Shown here piece after piece: positions 54,000 through 64,000 of a DNA stretch of 64,000 bases (position 1 is its first letter; every line of letters begins with the position of its first letter). Source of the stretch: Bdellovibrionales bacterium (lineage in GTDB: Bacteria > Bdellovibrionota > Bdellovibrionia > Bdellovibrionales > UBA1609); assembly GCA_965219095.1 (NCBI GenBank), contig CBDCMT010000001.1:640001-704000 (forward strand), in the 5' to 3' direction. The notes beneath the pieces were generated by a model that searched no databases, had not been told where the DNA came from, and worked only from the letters and a program-made list of their open reading frames with translations. The translations under genes and the position numbers were made by a program.

Positions 54000-55559
54000 A
54001 TGAAGAGTGTAGGAATTGACCTTGGATGTTTTAGTCTAAAGATAGCACAAATTTATGTGCGAGGCAGAAGCTTTAAAGTCAAACAGTTAAGTGAAGTAGA
54101 GTTAAGCTCTAAGGCAAGTGACTGGAATTTATCTGTTTTAGAAGTTTTACGAAAGTTGAATTTACCTAAGGACACAAAAGTAATTGTAGGCTTGAGTGAA
54201 GATAAAATTATACATCATAGGCTAAGTCTTCCTTTTAAAAAAAAGTTTGATATTTTAAAAACCCTTCCTTTTGAGTTAGAGGATGATCTACCTCTCCCTT
54301 CATCTCAATGCATTTTTGAAGCAAACCCTCTTTACGAAAATGATCAAAACCAAACTGAGGTGTTTACTTCCATTTGCTCAAAAGAATCAGTTAAAAATAT
54401 TTTATCCCTTTTTCACGAAGCAGGAATGGAACCTGATGTCGTGGCCTCTGAAGGTTTTTGTTTGAACCCTATCTTTCGTTCAGCACTTTCCATAAAACCC
54501 TGCTCCTCTCCTAATCACTTATCAGGTTTCTTGCACTTAGGACATAAGAAAAGCTTTTTATCTCTCTATGAGCAAAATTATCTTTTAGATATAAGGTACA
54601 TTCCTTGGGGTGGAGATCTTGTTTTAAAAGGTGTTATGAAGGGCTATAGAGTCTCCTATGACGAAGCTCTTGTTGGTGTTAAAGAAAAAAGCTTTGTAGC
54701 TTCTGAGGGTATGAAATTAAATGAAAGCCAGAAACATCATGCTCATATGATTCAAGAAGTTTTTGAAAAATTAATTAATCAGTTAAAATTCCAGATTTTG
54801 GAAATTGAAAATAAATATGAAAAGAAGATTGAACATCTCTTCTTATCAGGAGGGCCTTCTTGTACGAAGAATCTACCTAATTATTTTTCAAGGAGACTGA
54901 AATTAAAAGCCTATGAACTAAAAACAAGTAAAGTTTATGGAGAATCACCTCTTAGAGGCTGTGTTGCTTTAGGATTAGCTTTAGCGGCAACCCAAAAGAG
55001 TTCTCAAGATATAAACAATTTTAGAAAAGAAAAATTTGCAAAGAAAGGAATCTTCTGGAGTTCTTTATGGGAGAATTATAACAGTCTTATAAAGTCCACA
55101 GCTGTTTTTCTTCTTCTTTTCCTTGTGTTTTCTATGATAAGAGATGGGGTTTCACTTCACTCTCTTGAGAGAAGTGATGACATTATGAAACAACATGCAG
55201 CAAAAATAACAGGTTTTAAAGGTCGTTCTCTTTCAGAAAAAAATATCAATAAATATGTAAAGAAAAAAGAGAAAGAGAAGCGAAATCAAGACATTTTGAA
55301 AAAGTTTTTGCACTCTCCCTCTCCCTTGGAAATTTTTGATAAAATGTCATCATCTTGGTCTTTTGACAAAGAAGCAAAGTTTGAAATTTATGAATTAAAA
55401 ATTTTAAAGGGACGTGTTACTTTAAAAGGTTCTATAGCTTCTAAATATCTTTCTCAACTAGAAAGAAAGATAAAAGCCATTGCTTTAAAAGGAAAAATTT
55501 TAAAAAGACCTTTAAAGAATCAAGAAAGTTTCAGCTATGATTTTGGAGTGAGTTTATAA
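54000..55559 (+). CDS. gspL: T2SS GspL (PilM/actin-like domain, TM, periplasmic part)
   Basis: SVGIDLG, LPFELEDDLP, HLGH, LSGG, VALGLAL, NFRK; position after gspK. Confidence 0.8.
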   Translation: MKSVGIDLGCFSLKIAQIYVRGRSFKVKQLSEVELSSKASDWNLSVLEVLRKLNLPKDTKVIVGLSEDKIIHHRLSLPFKKKFDILKTLPFELEDDLPLPSSQCIFEANPLYENDQNQTEVFTSICSKESVKNILSLFHEAGMEPDVVASEGFCLNPIFRSALSIKPCSSPNHLSGFLHLGHKKSFLSLYEQNYLLDIRYIPWGGDLVLKGVMKGYRVSYDEALVGVKEKSFVASEGMKLNESQKHHAHMIQEVFEKLINQLKFQILEIENKYEKKIEHLFLSGGPSCTKNLPNYFSRRLKLKAYELKTSKVYGESPLRGCVALGLALAATQKSSQDINNFRKEKFAKKGIFWSSLWENYNSLIKSTAVFLLLFLVFSMIRDGVSLHSLERSDDIMKQHAAKITGFKGRSLSEKNINKYVKKKEKEKRNQDILKKFLHSPSPLEIFDKMSSSWSFDKEAKFEIYELKILKGRVTLKGSIASKYLSQLERKIKAIALKGKILKRPLKNQESFSYDFGVSL

Positions 55560-56249
55560 ATGTTGTATAATTTAAAAGAAAATCTTCTAAACTTTTTACA
55601 GCCTTTACAGGAAAAAATTCAAGATAGTGAATGGTTTCAAAAGCTCATTCAGATGTATAATGATCTCTCTGCGAGAAACCAAAAAATCACATTAGGACTC
55701 CTTTGTATATTGGTTGTTTTTATTCTATCCCTTCCTTCGATAAGTTTTTTTTCTTCATCTCGTAAAAACTTAGAAGCATTTTCTGAGAATTACCATTTGA
55801 TTCAAAAACTTTTTGAGCTTCAGTCTCTGGCAACTCTTTCATTCCGCCAATCTATGAGTTTTAGTTTTTTTAAAACGAAGGTTGAACGTGTTTTTAAAAG
55901 ATATTCTATCGCTGATGAACAAGTTATTTTTATAAACCTTGAACAAACATCTAGTCCATCTAAAAAAACAACACCTTCCCAATCTATGTTCGAAAAAGAA
56001 CTCATCTCCATTAGCCTTAAAACTTTGACTTTAAAGCAAGCGATTCAAGCGGCCTCAGATTTAGAAAAAATAGGACCTCTAGTGCGGTTAGATGGTATGG
56101 AAATAAAAAAAAGCAGAGAAGAACAAGGATATGTGGATGTGAAGTATAGGGTTGAATCCTATCAGATAAAAGAGAGCCCTAAGCTTCTTAAGAAAAAGGC
56201 TTCTAAAAGAAAGAAAAAAGAGGATTCTAAAAGAGGGGATTCTCGATGA
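55560..56249 (+). CDS. gspM: T2SS GspM-like protein
   Basis: YNDLSARNQ + single TM; position after gspL. Confidence 0.65.
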   Translation: MLYNLKENLLNFLQPLQEKIQDSEWFQKLIQMYNDLSARNQKITLGLLCILVVFILSLPSISFFSSSRKNLEAFSENYHLIQKLFELQSLATLSFRQSMSFSFFKTKVERVFKRYSIADEQVIFINLEQTSSPSKKTTPSQSMFEKELISISLKTLTLKQAIQAASDLEKIGPLVRLDGMEIKKSREEQGYVDVKYRVESYQIKESPKLLKKKASKRKKKEDSKRGDSR

Positions 56250-57184
56250 GTCGTATAATAGCCTTTTTTATTGATCTTCTTAAGTATCACAAAATAAAAC
56301 TTATTTTCTTTTTTCTTAGTTTTTTTGTATCTTTAGTCTTATTGTTCCCTTACAGAGAGTTAGGTTTGTTTTTACAATCAAAGATTAATGAATCTATAAA
56401 GCCTAACTTTGTAAAAATAGGAAAGGTCGATGTTTCTTTTTTTCCTTATCTTTCTTTGAGCATGGAAAAAATAGATTTGAACATCTCTGGTCAGCCTCTT
56501 TTTTTAAAGTCTATTAACATCCATCCTCATATTTTATCTTTATTTCTTCTTAAACCTTCTTTGGATCTGGTTTTACGTGATTTATTTAAAGGAAACCAAA
56601 AAATAACTTTGAGATACCTCAATAAAGAAAACTATAAATTCCATGGATTGTTTCAACTAGAATTGTCAGAAATTTTAAGAGCTTTCAACAAACCGCAGTT
56701 TGTGACAGGAAGAATAAAGGGTGTGTTTAAAGGTGTTTTTCAACCTACAAGCTCCTCTTTTAAAGACAGTCATCTTATTGTTTCAACAAAGTCGGCTCAA
56801 GATATTACATTTATGGGTTCTCTTCTAGTCAATCATTGGTTTGCAGGAGTTAATCTTCCTTCCATATCTTTTTCTGATCTAGAAATACTTTTTTATATTA
56901 ATTCTCCTAAGATGATTTTAAAGGATTTAAAAATAGGAATTCCTAAAGACAATGTCTTCGTAAGAGCAAGAGGAGAATTTAAAGGAGATTTTCAATCATC
57001 TAAACTTAGCTACAAGAGTCAGTGGCTTCTAAAAGTAAAGCCTTCTTTTGCTTCCCAGTTGTTTTTTCTTACTTTTTTGGACAAATATAAAAAACGCTCC
57101 GCTAAAGAGCTTTCCTATCAGTTTGAGATTATAGGTGAAAATTTGAAAGCTCCTCCTCAGCTAAAACATTTATCTCGATTTTAA
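56246..57184 (+). CDS. gspN: T2SS GspN-like protein
   Basis: N-terminal TM ending LLFPY; beta-rich; last gene of the operon. Confidence 0.6.
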   Translation: MSRIIAFFIDLLKYHKIKLIFFFLSFFVSLVLLFPYRELGLFLQSKINESIKPNFVKIGKVDVSFFPYLSLSMEKIDLNISGQPLFLKSINIHPHILSLFLLKPSLDLVLRDLFKGNQKITLRYLNKENYKFHGLFQLELSEILRAFNKPQFVTGRIKGVFKGVFQPTSSSFKDSHLIVSTKSAQDITFMGSLLVNHWFAGVNLPSISFSDLEILFYINSPKMILKDLKIGIPKDNVFVRARGEFKGDFQSSKLSYKSQWLLKVKPSFASQLFFLTFLDKYKKRSAKELSYQFEIIGENLKAPPQLKHLSRF

Positions 57185-57223
57185 AAAAAGCCCCAAGCAC
57201 CTAAAAAAGCACTGGGGCCAAAA
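57184..57223. terminator. Possible terminator between convergent gspN and ssb
   Basis: GCCCCA..TGGGGC stem flanked by A-runs. Confidence 0.45.
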
Positions 57224-57249
57224 CGAAAGAAGAAAAATGAAAAAATAAA

Positions 57250-57666
57250 TTAAAAAGGAATGTCCTCTGTTTCAAAAGAAGGCTCTGAAGCAAACTCATG
57301 ATGAGGTGTGGCGTTTTGAGTTTGTTCTGCGTTATTATTACGAGAGCCTAAAAACTGTACATGATTTGCGACAATCTCAGTTGTATAACGCTTTTGTCCT
57401 TGAGCGTCTTCCCAAGAACGTGTTTGAAGTCTTCCTTCAAGAAAAACCTGACGTCCTTTTGATAGATACTGGCCACAAAGCTCAGCCGTTTTTCCCCAAA
57501 CGACAATGCGGTGCCACTCGGTTCTTTCCTGTTTTTGTCCGTTGCGGTCGTTCCAAGTTTCGCTGGTAGCTATATTGAAATTACATACTTTTTGTCCTGT
57601 AGATAATTCCTTAACTTCTGGATCAGCTCCCAGTCTTCCTATAATAATAGCTTTATTTACTGACAT
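57250..57666 (-). CDS. ssb: Single-stranded DNA-binding protein
   Basis: [36 protein letters not shown]-terminal DIPF. Confidence 0.98.
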   Translation of the reverse strand: MSVNKAIIIGRLGADPEVKELSTGQKVCNFNIATSETWNDRNGQKQERTEWHRIVVWGKTAELCGQYLSKGRQVFLEGRLQTRSWEDAQGQKRYTTEIVANHVQFLGSRNNNAEQTQNATPHHEFASEPSFETEDIPF

Positions 57667-57887
57667 ATTGCCTCCTTTGTTTCATTCGTTGTTAGTTTAA
57701 TACCTAAAAGATATTTTATGCAAGCCCTTTTGCTAGGTTTTCTTGTTTTTAATGTTAGTAAAGAGACCTTGATTTTCCTAAATTCGTACTTTTAAGAATG
57801 AAGCCCTTAAAAAGAGCAAGATAAAGGAGGGGGAGGCTTGAATAATACATTGCATAATTTTGTTATCAACTCTTCTGATTTTAGCTT

Positions 57888-58193
57888 ATGCTGTTAAATG
57901 TGAGACGTGTCTTAAAAGTCTTTTTGTGTCTTTATGCTTTAAGTGCTTGTAATCTTTATGAATCACAAGGGCAAAAAAATTTTGAAGAAAGGATAGAGGT
58001 GAAAGTAGAGGAAGAGTCTTTTTTTATCCAAAGCTTTGAGCCCTTATGCTTTGTTTTTTCTCAAAAACAGGCCTTTAGTCCTTTTATAGAAGATATTAAG
58101 ATACTTTTTAGTAAAAAACAGTTTTGTCTTGAATTTAATTCCATTTATAATAGTTATATAATGTGCGAAAAGCAAGGAAGGGATTTATTTTAA
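57888..58193 (+). CDS. Hypothetical lipoprotein
   Basis: Lipobox LSAC after a hydrophobic stretch. Confidence 0.6.
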   Translation: MLLNVRRVLKVFLCLYALSACNLYESQGQKNFEERIEVKVEEESFFIQSFEPLCFVFSQKQAFSPFIEDIKILFSKKQFCLEFNSIYNSYIMCEKQGRDLF

Positions 58194-59077
58194 AATTAAA
58201 AAATAGTTTTAAGTTTTTTCAATTCTTTTTTATCTTGTTTTGTTTTCTAAGTAGCTTTACTCAGGCTGCGTATATCATGAAAGTTAAAGATGATATAGTT
58301 CTTGTGAACATGGAGGGAGGAGATGCTAAAGTTGGAGAAATCTATTACATTGTGGATCTCAACGCACGCAAAAGAGGCCTTACAAAAATCCTTAAAGCTA
58401 AAAACAAGAAAGCCATTGGAAAGTTTGTTGGTGAAGCTAATCCAGGCTGGGATTTGTTTTTAAGAAAAGATATTTCTCATACATCACAACAAAAAGTTCA
58501 AGAGAAAAAAAATAAAAATATAGATGTAGGTTTAGATGAAAATCAAATTCTAAAAAAGCCTACCACCTATTCTAGATACCGTTTTGAATTAAAGAACTAT
58601 ATAGGAGGCTATGTTATAGGTTTTAAGGATAAATTAGAGGCAAGAAATGATAAATTAGAGGGGTATAATTTTGGAGTTAGTGGATTTTTCAACTATTCTT
58701 TCCACAAAAGTTTTTCTTTGCGTCCAGAAGTGGGCTATGTAAGATTTAATTTAGACTCTGAGAATGGTCACCAAATAAAAGCCCATTATGTGAAAGCAGG
58801 CTTAACAACCATGTTTATGTTTCCTGTCTCTTATTTTCGTTTTTGGGTGGGTGCGAACAGTTATGTGTATTTTCCTTTCAGCAAAGAATCCAATCTTATT
58901 GATGAAGAGTCTATTTCTACAACTATTGTTTATGGTTTTTCGGCAGGCTTTGAGTACGTAGATCCTAAGGGAAGATTTATCATTCCTGTAGCTATTGACG
59001 GCAGTCTTTTTCCCAGTTCTTCAAATATTGATTCTTCAAGAATTGGCTTGAAGATAGGTTTTGGACTTTACTTTTAG
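58163..59077 (+). CDS. Outer-membrane beta-barrel protein with an N-terminal soluble domain
   Basis: Signal peptide; amphipathic strands; C-terminal GFGLYF. Confidence 0.75.
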   Translation: MRKARKGFILKLKNSFKFFQFFFILFCFLSSFTQAAYIMKVKDDIVLVNMEGGDAKVGEIYYIVDLNARKRGLTKILKAKNKKAIGKFVGEANPGWDLFLRKDISHTSQQKVQEKKNKNIDVGLDENQILKKPTTYSRYRFELKNYIGGYVIGFKDKLEARNDKLEGYNFGVSGFFNYSFHKSFSLRPEVGYVRFNLDSENGHQIKAHYVKAGLTTMFMFPVSYFRFWVGANSYVYFPFSKESNLIDEESISTTIVYGFSAGFEYVDPKGRFIIPVAIDGSLFPSSSNIDSSRIGLKIGFGLYF

Positions 59078-61275
59078 GATCTTTTCACTCGAGTTACAGT
59101 TAAAACATGATCGAGTTTTTCTAAGTTCAACAAAGCTTCTGATAGATGTTCTGTATCTCGTACGAAAACATCAAAAACACAAATAGATTTCTCATCTTTT
59201 AGGGAGTGGGTTTTTACGTTTTGTATGTTCATACCAATATTAGAAAAAACTTCTGTCATATCTTTTAATAAACCTGTTTTGTTGAAACAAGTAACTCTTA
59301 TAGAGACGAGGCGGGTGATATGGGAAGTGGAAGCATTCCATTCTACATCAACTTGTCGTGCTTTATCAAATTCATAGCCTTTAGGGCAATTAGATGTATG
59401 AATGACAATTCCTCTTCCTCTTGTGATAAAACCTGAGATGGGATCTCCTGGTATAGGAAGACAACATTTTGCAAAGGTCACCATAATGTTATCTAAGCCA
59501 TCAATTTGTACAAGGGATGATTCCTTTTTCTTCTTTTTAGTAGCTGATTTGAAGATTTTTTCAAAAAAAGTCGGCTTAGGTTTTATTTCTTTAACTTTCA
59601 AATACTTAGCTAACTGTTCTGATAGATGTTGAGGGGTAATGTGTCCATAACCTATACGCATGTAAAGATCGTTGAGAGTTTTACAACCATACTGTTTAAA
59701 AAGGTCTTTATAATTGGAGCTTTTTTCCAAATCCTTTATATTAGAAAAAGGAATTTTATACTTTCTTAGACTTTTTTCTAGTATGTTTTTACCTAAAGAA
59801 AGAGCCATTTCCTTTTGTGTGCCTTTAATATGAGATCTTATTTTTGTTTTAGCTTTTCCTGTCACACAGAAGTTAAGCCAATCTTTTGAAGGCCTTTGAT
59901 TTTTAGACGTGATGATTTCAACCCGGTCCCCTGTTTTTAGTTTTTGTTTTATAGGCATCATTTTTCCATTCACTCTAGCCGCCATAATATGAAATCCTAA
60001 ATCTGTATGCACACTAAAAGCAAAATCAATAGGGGTTGCTCCTTCAGGTAGCTCTTTTACTTCTCCATTAGGAGTGAGAACAAAAATTTCTCCGTCAAAA
60101 AGGTCGTCCTTAAAGACCTCTAATAATTCGTCAGAATCATCAGTCTGCTGATAGGAAGTGATCATATCTCTTAACCAGTTATATTTTTCAATAGCTTTAT
60201 TATCAAATTGGATTTGGTTTTCTTTATAAGACCAATGAGCTGCAATTCCTTTTTCAGCAATGCTATGCATGGCTTTAGTTCTAATTTGTATTTCTATAGT
60301 CTCAGCATCAGGCCCTACTAAAGAAGTATGTAGACTTTGGTAATTGTTAGCTTTTGGCATGGCTATGAAATCTTTGAATCGGCCTGGGACGGGCTTCCAA
60401 AAGGAATGAATAAGACCTAATATCTCATAGCACTGTGGAACAGTATTGACAATAATTCGGAAAGCAATGAGATCATGAATTTGTTCGTAGTTTAGATTTT
60501 GATTTTTAATTTTTTTGTAAATAGAGTAAAAGTCCTTGGATCGACCTGTAATTTCAATGTTAAATTTGATGTACTTTTTTAAATTATTTTCTATTTGTTC
60601 AATCACTTTTTTAATATAGGCTTGTCTTTCTTTTTTCTTCTTAGCGATTTTTTGAGCTAGTTGGTAATATACATTAGGATGAGCGTAACGAAATCCTAAC
60701 TCTTCAAGTTCAACTTTTATGGAATGCATTCCTAAGCGTCCTGCTAGGGGAGCATAGATGTCTAAAGTATCCTGAGCAATACGCAGTTGTTTGTGATAGG
60801 GAGCAAAATTTAAAGTTCTCATGTTATGGAGACGATCAGCTAGTTTTACGATAATCGCACGAACATCTTTACCCATAGCCATAATCATTTTTCGGATGTT
60901 TTCTCCTTGTCTATGATGTAAGTTTTTGAAAGTAATTTTTGAAATCTTAGTAACCCCATCTACAAGGGAGGATATTGTTTCATCAAACTCATTTTTAATG
61001 GTTTCTAAGGACAATTCAGTATCTTCAACAGTATCATGAAGCAGGGCTGTGATGATACTTGCTGTATCCATCTTTAAATCAGCTAAAATAAAAGCTACTT
61101 CAACGGGATGGTGGATGTAATCCTCCCCACTATGTCGTTTTTGACCTTTATGGTATTTTTTTGCAAAACGAAATGCTTTCAAAGTTGAACTTTCATCAAA
61201 GCTGGGGTTATAGGCCTTTACTTGTTCGATAAGTCGATCAATAGGAAGTAAGTTTTGTTTTATATTTTGGCTCAT
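59074..61275 (-). CDS. spoT: Bifunctional (p)ppGpp synthetase/hydrolase
   Basis: ALLHDTVED, KLADRLHNMRTL, DLIAFR, NNYQSLHT, EIQIRT; TGS and ACT domains. Confidence 0.96.
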   Translation of the reverse strand: MSQNIKQNLLPIDRLIEQVKAYNPSFDESSTLKAFRFAKKYHKGQKRHSGEDYIHHPVEVAFILADLKMDTASIITALLHDTVEDTELSLETIKNEFDETISSLVDGVTKISKITFKNLHHRQGENIRKMIMAMGKDVRAIIVKLADRLHNMRTLNFAPYHKQLRIAQDTLDIYAPLAGRLGMHSIKVELEELGFRYAHPNVYYQLAQKIAKKKKERQAYIKKVIEQIENNLKKYIKFNIEITGRSKDFYSIYKKIKNQNLNYEQIHDLIAFRIIVNTVPQCYEILGLIHSFWKPVPGRFKDFIAMPKANNYQSLHTSLVGPDAETIEIQIRTKAMHSIAEKGIAAHWSYKENQIQFDNKAIEKYNWLRDMITSYQQTDDSDELLEVFKDDLFDGEIFVLTPNGEVKELPEGATPIDFAFSVHTDLGFHIMAARVNGKMMPIKQKLKTGDRVEIITSKNQRPSKDWLNFCVTGKAKTKIRSHIKGTQKEMALSLGKNILEKSLRKYKIPFSNIKDLEKSSNYKDLFKQYGCKTLNDLYMRIGYGHITPQHLSEQLAKYLKVKEIKPKPTFFEKIFKSATKKKKKESSLVQIDGLDNIMVTFAKCCLPIPGDPISGFITRGRGIVIHTSNCPKGYEFDKARQVDVEWNASTSHITRLVSIRVTCFNKTGLLKDMTEVFSNIGMNIQNVKTHSLKDEKSICVFDVFVRDTEHLSEALLNLEKLDHVLTVTRVKRS

Positions 61276-61349
61276 TTTTTGTAAAATGACTTTAGCTTTT
61301 TTTAATTATAGCACAAAAATGAAGCGTTTAGCAAGAAAGCTTAAGAGAT

Positions 61350-61595
61350 TTACTTTTTAAGGGAGCTTTCAATCTCTTTTGATTGAGCTTCGTATTCGTT
61401 GACTTGAAATTTTACAAGACCTTCTGCTACTTCTCTCAATGCACTGACTACGTATTTATTTTTTTTCTTTTTAGACTTACTTCCTAAAATGGGAGCTCCC
61501 TTAAGGATTTGTTTTGCTCTTTTTGCAACAAGATGAACAAGAGCAAAACGATTGGAGCTTTCTTTTAAGCAGTCTTCCACAGTGACTCTAGCCAT
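61350..61595 (-). CDS. rpoZ: RNA polymerase omega subunit
   Basis: [24 protein letters not shown]. Confidence 0.96.
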   Translation of the reverse strand: MARVTVEDCLKESSNRFALVHLVAKRAKQILKGAPILGSKSKKKKNKYVVSALREVAEGLVKFQVNEYEAQSKEIESSLKK

Positions 61596-61631
61596 TTTTT
61601 TTCTCCTTTATTACTTTACCAGCTTTTTAAA

Positions 61632-62192
61632 TTACCCTTTAGAGAGTAAAGTTTCAATAATTTTTTTAAATTGAAGATAAGATTCTTCAATTTCCTGATT
61701 TAAGATTTGATAATGACAAAAGGGTGCAAATTCTAGTTCCTTTTTGGCTATTTCCACCCTCAGTTCAATATCTTTTAGATCTGAGCCTCTTTTTTCAAGT
61801 CTTTTTCGCATAGAGTCAAAAGAAGGGGCATGGACAAAAATCAAGTAAACGTGGGAAAAAATTGTTTGTAGGGTTTTAGCTCCCTGTACATCCACATCCA
61901 AAATAGGGACTTTGTTTTGATTCCAGATTCGCTCAAGCTCTTTACGAGAGACTCCATAAAGGTTTCCATGAACATAAGCCCATTCCACAAAAAACTTTTC
62001 CTCAATGAGTTGTTCAAAACGTTGTTTTGTTACAAAGTGATAGGGATGAACTTCAGTTTCTTCCTTTCTCATAGAGCGAGTGGTATGGGTGATGGCATCT
62101 TCTAAAAGAGGAAAGTCTTTCAAGCCCATTACTATTAATGTAGATTTTCCTGCCCCGCTAGGCCCAACGACAGTAATGATTTTTTGATCCAT
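61632..62192 (-). CDS. gmk: Guanylate kinase
   Basis: GPSGAGKST, THTTR, EWAYVHGNLYG, LDVDVQG. Confidence 0.96.
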   Translation of the reverse strand: MDQKIITVVGPSGAGKSTLIVMGLKDFPLLEDAITHTTRSMRKEETEVHPYHFVTKQRFEQLIEEKFFVEWAYVHGNLYGVSRKELERIWNQNKVPILDVDVQGAKTLQTIFSHVYLIFVHAPSFDSMRKRLEKRGSDLKDIELRVEIAKKELEFAPFCHYQILNQEIEESYLQFKKIIETLLSKG

Positions 62193-62213
62193 GTTGGCTT
62201 TTATTTTATCAGT

Positions 62214-63131
62214 TTATGAATTTGGAGGCAACTTTTTGTCTAAAAAATAGGAAGCTTTGTTGGGAGAATCAAACCAATGGATTTCTGGATCTTTTTTGAA
62301 CCAAGTTCTTTGTTTTTTTGAAAGTTTAAGGCTGTGTTGAAGTATAGCGTTTACTAGATCTTTTTCTAAAAACCGGCCTTCTAAAAAATCGACCATTTCT
62401 CTATAACCTACCCCTCTGAGAGGGGAGGTATTTGAAAAGTTTCCATGTTTTAAGATATTCTGTGTTTCCTCTTTAAGTCCTTTTTCAAGCATAATTTCGA
62501 TTCTTTTTTTTAGTTTTCTCTTATAAATTTCCCTTTTTGAAGCTAAAAGACCTATTTTTAAAATAGAGCCTTTAAGAAGTGAAAACTTTTCTTTTTTAAA
62601 GTCATTTTTAATTTTAGTGAGGGTTTTGTTTTCAATTTCCATGATAAGAAGAGCTCTTTGAATGCGATAACTATCTTGTGGGTGAATTTTTTGGCTGTAA
62701 AGGGGATCTTTTTGCTTTAACTCTCTATAAAGTGTAGGGAGTCCTTCGGAGAAAACTCTTTGCTTCATTTTTTCTCTTTGTGATAAAGTTGTTTTAGGAG
62801 CAGACCAAAGACCTTTTTCTAAGGCTTGTGCGAAAAAACCACTGCCACCTACAAAAAAAACAGTAGAGCTTTTTATAGTTTTAAGACATGATTTAACCTC
62901 TCTAAGATAGTCTCCTACAGTGAAATTTTGATCCACATCGACAAAATCGTACAAGTGGTGAGGGACTTTTTTGTAATGGTCCTTTTGAGGTTGGGCTGAT
63001 CCTATATGCATGTTCTTGAAGACTTGTACGCTATCGCAGTTAATAATTTCAGCTTTTCTTTTTTGAGCTTCTTTTAAAGCAAGCTCAGATTTACCCGTAG
63101 CCGTAGCCCCTAAAATGAAAATAAAATTCAT
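62214..63131 (-). CDS. miaA: tRNA dimethylallyltransferase
   Basis: GATATGKS, INCDSVQ, PHHL, VGGSG, RIQRAL, KKQRTWF. Confidence 0.96.
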   Translation of the reverse strand: MNFIFILGATATGKSELALKEAQKRKAEIINCDSVQVFKNMHIGSAQPQKDHYKKVPHHLYDFVDVDQNFTVGDYLREVKSCLKTIKSSTVFFVGGSGFFAQALEKGLWSAPKTTLSQREKMKQRVFSEGLPTLYRELKQKDPLYSQKIHPQDSYRIQRALLIMEIENKTLTKIKNDFKKEKFSLLKGSILKIGLLASKREIYKRKLKKRIEIMLEKGLKEETQNILKHGNFSNTSPLRGVGYREMVDFLEGRFLEKDLVNAILQHSLKLSKKQRTWFKKDPEIHWFDSPNKASYFLDKKLPPNS

Positions 63132-64000
63132 ACTTTTCTTTTAAACTCTTTTTCTAGTTGAGAGAAAGAGTGTTCTATGTAAACAGGACGCCCATGGGGG
63201 CAAAAACATGAGAGAGGATAGAGATCCATTTTCTGTAGAAGAGATTTCACTTCCTCAAAAGCAAGGGATTTTCCTGCACGAATGGCTGAATGACAAGCCA
63301 TAGTGGCCATAAGGTGTTCTATTTTTTTTTCAAGAGAAAAGCTATCCTCTTTTTCTAATATATCATGACCTATTTCCTCTAAGCACGTTAAAATAGCTTT
63401 TTCAGAAAGAAGACAGCAGGCAGCTTTTACGTTTAAAACCTCTAAGCCCTCTCTTTCAACAATAAGACCTAAGCTTTCTAACTTTTTTGAGATGCTCTCA
63501 ATGGCGTTGATAAAAGAACTATCTTTATGAAAAGAAAGGGGTATAAGAAAATTTTGTACCTCGAACTTTTTGTTTTTGTAGTTTTCTAAGAGAGTTTCGT
63601 AGAGAACTCTTTCATGAGCGGCATGTTGATCAATGAGAACTAAAGAATGGTCATTTTGTGTGATAATATAGGTGAGTTGAGCTTGTCCTAAGATCTGTAA
63701 ATGAGACCACTTTTGAAGAGATTTGGATTTTAAAGAAGATGTTTCTGAAAAATGAGGGGATGAGGAGGATGGTTTTTTTATAAAATTTTCTTGAACTTTC
63801 AGTGAAGAAAAGTTTGTTTGCGTGGGAATAGGAGTGTGAGTTGCGTAGTTTGTTACAGCTTCTTTGATATCTTGAGAATATGATGTGGCATGAAAAGGTT
63901 TTTGATAAGAAGATAAGGATTCAGGATTTTTTTCTTCAGTTTTTGGAGTTAATTCTTTTTGAAAGTTAAGAGATTCAAGCCAAGGTGTTTTTTCTAAAAT
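63128..64000 (-). CDS. mutL: DNA mismatch repair protein MutL, C-terminal part; runs off the window
   Basis: LIDQHAAHERV, MACHSAIRAG, CPHGRP. Confidence 0.95.
   Translation of the reverse strand: MLEKTPWLESLNFQKELTPKTEEKNPESLSSYQKPFHATSYSQDIKEAVTNYATHTPIPTQTNFSSLKVQENFIKKPSSSSPHFSETSSLKSKSLQKWSHLQILGQAQLTYIITQNDHSLVLIDQHAAHERVLYETLLENYKNKKFEVQNFLIPLSFHKDSSFINAIESISKKLESLGLIVEREGLEVLNVKAACCLLSEKAILTCLEEIGHDILEKEDSFSLEKKIEHLMATMACHSAIRAGKSLAFEEVKSLLQKMDLYPLSCFCPHGRPVYIEHSFSQLEKEFKRKV

Noticed and set aside
63128..63310. 60-aa stand-alone ORF
   Set aside because: It is the end of mutL, whose frame stays open to the window edge.

Overview
Low-GC bacterial chromosome segment. Gene content and order (gspE-N with a PilM-like GspL, lptE-holA, mutL-miaA-gmk-rpoZ-rel, signal-peptide orphans) suggest a Bdellovibrionota-like organism; this is inference. 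Intact housekeeping blocks (recG; purA-aminotransferase-lptE-holA; T2SS; ssb; rel-rpoZ-gmk-miaA-mutL) alternate with dense, nested insertion-sequence debris. I count roughly 23 kb of IS-derived DNA by hand, from IS630 (2 types), ISL3, IS66 (2-3 types), IS3, IS1634 (2 types), IS5 (2 types), IS982 and IS481. Accessory genes are an AbiE type IV toxin-antitoxin pair, a TPR protein, a heavy-metal cassette, a STAND-like ATPase, MltB, XRE and LysR regulators, and a coupled GNAT/LuxI-like + heme-oxygenase-like diiron oxidase (HDO) gene pair. Most notable: (1) that two-gene putative small-molecule synthesis cassette; (2) near-perfect fold-back palindromes made from single ends of three unrelated IS families, each centred on a micro inverted repeat already present in the parent element; (3) a 7.5-kb IS66-bounded composite with an intact 8-bp target duplication carrying an ATPase cargo; (4) several 38-150 bp mini-elements, some with empty alleles in the same window. 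No rRNA, tRNA or CRISPR array was recognised.
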